From contig JBBKWS010000128.1 of NCBI GenBank assembly GCA_037969075.1, positions 1 through 39,799 of the forward strand: a DNA stretch of 39,799 bases. The letters run 5' to 3'. The notes below the pieces were generated by a model that worked only from the letters and a program-made list of their open reading frames with translations, was not told the origin of the DNA and searched no databases. The translations under genes and the position numbers were made by a program. Positions 36,963 to 39,799 of this stretch are shown here, piece after piece. Position 1 is the stretch's first letter. Each line of letters opens with the position of its first letter. Source of the stretch: Bdellovibrionales bacterium. Lineage in GTDB: Bacteria; Bdellovibrionota; Bdellovibrionia; Bdellovibrionales; UBA840.

Positions 36963-39054
36963 ATAAGTAGATGTCTTCATAGTATTTTATTATTTTTTCC
37001 ATAGAGAATTCATCAATGACCCTTTGTCGCGTATCATTTTTTAGGTTAATAATATTTTCCGAATTCATATTTAATATTTTCACCCAAGCTTCTTTTAAGT
37101 GTTCGGCAGAATTTGGCTTAACAACAAATCCAGTTCCACCTAGTATGCGTTTACAGTCGCCAACATCTGTTGATACGCAGATTATCCCAGACGACATAGC
37201 CTCACCTAGAACATTTGGAAAAGCTTCCCCCCAAGATGAACTTAGGGTTGCAACGTCTAAAGAGGCGACGATTCGGTGAACATCTTTGCGTTCGCCCAAA
37301 AGTAGAAAATGCTCTTTGTACCTAGCCTCACTAATTAATTTCTTTAGATTGGGGTTACAACTTGTAACTTTATTTCCAACCATCACAAAGTAGGCTCGGT
37401 AGCCATCATCTAACAACTGTTTTGCGGCTTCGATAAAAACCCGATGCCCCTTTACTGGGTGGTACCGGGCTATAATTCCTATTAAAAATGCATTTTGTGG
37501 GAGTTTTAAATCATTTAAAGTTTCTGTTCGCGCATGGTCGTCGGGTCGAAATAAATTAGTGTCAAAACCATTGGGTATCAGAACGCCCAGTGAATTTTTG
37601 TAACCAAAAGCCTCATGTTGAGATTGGCTAGTTTTTGAGTTATAAATAATTTTTTTTGTTTTGTAAGATAGCATCTTTGATATGAAGATTAAAAATCTAG
37701 TATGCAGTTTTTCTCTCTCAATTCCGATTAAAGTATGTCGGATATTCCAGTAAACATTAATTTTTCTAAAGAATAGTTTTGCTAATAATGCAGCAATGTT
37801 GCCGTGGACTAGCCAACCTTGTATAATGTCTGGATTTAAATCTTTGATAATCTTGCGAAACCTAAAAATAGCAAAAAAGAATTGAAATGGATGGTCTATT
37901 TTTAAACTTAGAAACTGAATGTTTTTATCTCGAAACTTAGTGCTTAGAGTTCCAGGGGGCTTAAAGCAAAGAACAGCATTATCAAACTTATTTTTATCAA
38001 GCATGGAGGCGACCTTATAGATCATCATTTCAGTGCCGCCTGTTTCAAGACCTGTAGTTATATGCAAAACCTTTAATTTTGGTGATTTTTGTAGTCCTCT
38101 GATCTTAGCTGATAAAGGACCATTGCCTTTTAATGCAATAAAGTTGTAACCTAATCTGGAATTCTTTTTAATCTTTTCAATCATTCTTAGATCGCGAATA
38201 CGGATTATGGTGCCGTCGTCATTTGGAAAGTAGATTTCATACCTACTGCTTAGTAGTTTTTTTGATACTTCAGAATCTTTATCCCCGCCATAATCTTCAT
38301 ATAAAAAAATCGTATCTTTATTGCTAATTTCTGTAGCGCCAATAAATGCATCCAGCTCAGCGCCCTCTACATCGAGTTTGACTACAAAGCTATTTTCTTT
38401 AGGGGCATAAGTGGTAGCAAGTGTATCAAGTGTAATAGAATTAACGGTTACTGTTTTCTGTTTATCAATAGTAAAAAGTGAGTCATTTACTTTTAACTTT
38501 TCAATAAAACCATCAACAATGTGGCGGCCAGCATGTGCACCACTCTCGGTAAATTGTAATATTTTATTGTCGATGTTTGATATAGCTCTATGTAGAAACT
38601 GGAAGCGATTTTGATTGATAGCGCTTGTTTTTTTTAAAGTGTCAAAGGTCTCAAGCGATGCTTCGATGGCTATTACAGGATGCTCACCTAGTGTTGGGCT
38701 AGATAGTAATGCGCTCCAATAGCCGTAATTTGCGCCACAATCTAAGAACGTAAATGGAATGTTCTTGAGATTTAAAAATAATGTTTCAAGTGCCTGCTCA
38801 TATGGCTTATTGCGGTAGATATAGTATCCCCAATAGCTATCAAATGTGGGAAAACAGAACTTAGTGTTTGGGCTGAGGTCAACAATAGTAAAAGGGATTG
38901 TTGTAAGCCTTCGTCTATATAAATTAGAAATAAGTCGAAGCCCGCGCGTACGCCCGAGTGGAGATATCCATTTAGCAAGTGATTGCATTTTTTGAATGTA
39001 ACGATCGCCATCGATTGGGTTTAGCGAACGTATATTAGTGTATTGTATTTTCAT
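36955..39054 (-). CDS. FkbM-family methyltransferase fused to a GT4 glycosyltransferase
   Basis: N-half: LDCGANYG and KLDVEGAE. C-half: KVLHITTGLETGGTE, IPNGFD, ARYHPVKG, EAFPNVLGEAM, TDVGD. Confidence 0.88.
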   Translation of the reverse strand: MKIQYTNIRSLNPIDGDRYIQKMQSLAKWISPLGRTRGLRLISNLYRRRLTTIPFTIVDLSPNTKFCFPTFDSYWGYYIYRNKPYEQALETLFLNLKNIPFTFLDCGANYGYWSALLSSPTLGEHPVIAIEASLETFDTLKKTSAINQNRFQFLHRAISNIDNKILQFTESGAHAGRHIVDGFIEKLKVNDSLFTIDKQKTVTVNSITLDTLATTYAPKENSFVVKLDVEGAELDAFIGATEISNKDTIFLYEDYGGDKDSEVSKKLLSSRYEIYFPNDDGTIIRIRDLRMIEKIKKNSRLGYNFIALKGNGPLSAKIRGLQKSPKLKVLHITTGLETGGTEMMIYKVASMLDKNKFDNAVLCFKPPGTLSTKFRDKNIQFLSLKIDHPFQFFFAIFRFRKIIKDLNPDIIQGWLVHGNIAALLAKLFFRKINVYWNIRHTLIGIEREKLHTRFLIFISKMLSYKTKKIIYNSKTSQSQHEAFGYKNSLGVLIPNGFDTNLFRPDDHARTETLNDLKLPQNAFLIGIIARYHPVKGHRVFIEAAKQLLDDGYRAYFVMVGNKVTSCNPNLKKLISEARYKEHFLLLGERKDVHRIVASLDVATLSSSWGEAFPNVLGEAMSSGIICVSTDVGDCKRILGGTGFVVKPNSAEHLKEAWVKILNMNSENIINLKNDTRQRVIDEFSMEKIIKYYEDIYLYD

Positions 39055-39176
39055 AGTCCGTATGACTGCGGAGTATATGAGGCTATGCTCTTAGTTGTCT
39101 AGCTTAAGCGCTTGATTTTATAAAAAAATATATGTAATTATATGTTAAATACTAGACATTTGGAGTGTAGGTAGAA

Positions 39177-39799
39177 ATGAAAGTTTATGAGCATATTAAA
39201 CAAGCACAAAACGCAAAAATACCTACTTTTTCATACGAAATAGTCCCACCTCCCAGAGGTCGAACTATTCAAGATATTATTGATTCAGTGGAAGCAGTTA
39301 AGCCATTTAACCCAGCTTGGATTGATGTTACTAGTCATGCTTCAAATGCTTATTTTAATGAAAAACCAGATGGGACGATTCAAAAAAAGATCTTAAGAAA
39401 GCGCCCTGGGACTCTAGGAATATGCGGCGTTATACAAAACAGATTTCGCATTGATACGGTTGCCCATATATTATGCAAGGGCTTTACTAAAGAAGAAACC
39501 GAAGACGCTTTGATCGAACTAAATTACCTAGGCATTCATAATGTTCTAGCTCTTCAGGGCGACTCTCCTAATCACATTAAAGAAAAATTAAAGATTGAGG
39601 CGGCTAATGAATACGCTTCTGATTTAGTAAAACAAGTGATGGGTTTAAATGCAGGGCAATTTTTGGATGATATTAACTCAGGTGCCTCTTTTGATTTTTG
39701 TGTTGGTGTGGCAGGATATCCAGAAAAACATTTTGAAGCTGCTAACTTAAAAACAGATATTGAATACCTTAAGCGCAAAGTAGAGCTTGGTGCTGAGTA
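39177..39799 (+). CDS. metF: Methylenetetrahydrofolate reductase (partial, runs off the window)
   Basis: My translation gives MKVYEHIK...[10 protein letters not shown]...WIDVT...RKRPGT...VAHILCKGF...NVLALQGD...[11 protein letters not shown]. Not in the ORF track because there is no stop in the window. Confidence 0.93.
   Translation, partial: MKVYEHIKQAQNAKIPTFSYEIVPPPRGRTIQDIIDSVEAVKPFNPAWIDVTSHASNAYFNEKPDGTIQKKILRKRPGTLGICGVIQNRFRIDTVAHILCKGFTKEETEDALIELNYLGIHNVLALQGDSPNHIKEKLKIEAANEYASDLVKQVMGLNAGQFLDDINSGASFDFCVGVAGYPEKHFEAANLKTDIEYLKRKVELGAE

Noticed and set aside
39055..39176. Possible SAM riboswitch upstream of metF, including a small TCCG...CGGA hairpin at 39057-39072
   Set aside because: No SAM-I/II consensus, the region is short and very AT-rich, and the hairpin is weak.
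1007..39778. Numerous short ORFs (60-131 aa) in the track, e.g. 1007-1210, 7853-8212, 11212-11547, 20354-20749, 29530-29913, 31446-31814, 39572-39778
   Set aside because: They overlap well-supported genes on the opposite strand or in another frame and show no motifs; these are shadow ORFs.
1..39799. Mobile elements, CRISPR arrays, tRNA/rRNA, defence or phage genes, invertible-segment repeats explaining the strand switches
   Set aside because: No transposase, integrase or recombinase ORF, no spaced direct repeats, and intergenic gaps are short. No long inverted repeats at block boundaries were seen by eye; a self-alignment would be needed to exclude short ones.

Overview
AT-rich bacterial chromosomal window. 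The RpoA sequence ([11 protein letters not shown]...) resembles Bdellovibrionales RpoA as I recall it, so the source is probably Bdellovibrionota. The window starts at the end of the alpha ribosomal operon (rpsK 3' end, rpoA, rplQ, terminator; no rpsD) and ends in a partial metF. Between them is a ~37 kb surface-glycan locus of about 30 genes in alternating strand blocks. It encodes WecA, Wzx, Wzy-like, Wzz-like and WaaL-like proteins, a PglK/MsbA-like ABC exporter, a GalNAcA(N) pathway, Glf, a GT2/flippase/GT-C module, MBOAT plus SGNH-like acylation genes, four methyltransferase domains and a nonulosonic-acid pathway. Highlights: (1) The nonulosonic-acid pathway has the GDP-legionaminic front end (PtmE/LegB) but no aminotransferase or acetyltransferase. 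An extra SDR and a Neu5Ac-type NeuB sit in their place, suggesting a 9-deoxy, 7-hydroxy (fusaminic-acid-like) product. (2) A paralogous SGNH-like gene is broken by two -1 T homopolymer frameshifts. (3) Five transcription units begin with a sigma70-like promoter 6-8 nt from an SD-less ATG, suggesting leaderless mRNAs. No mobile element, CRISPR array or RNA gene was seen. All family calls are by-eye motif recognition, not database searches.
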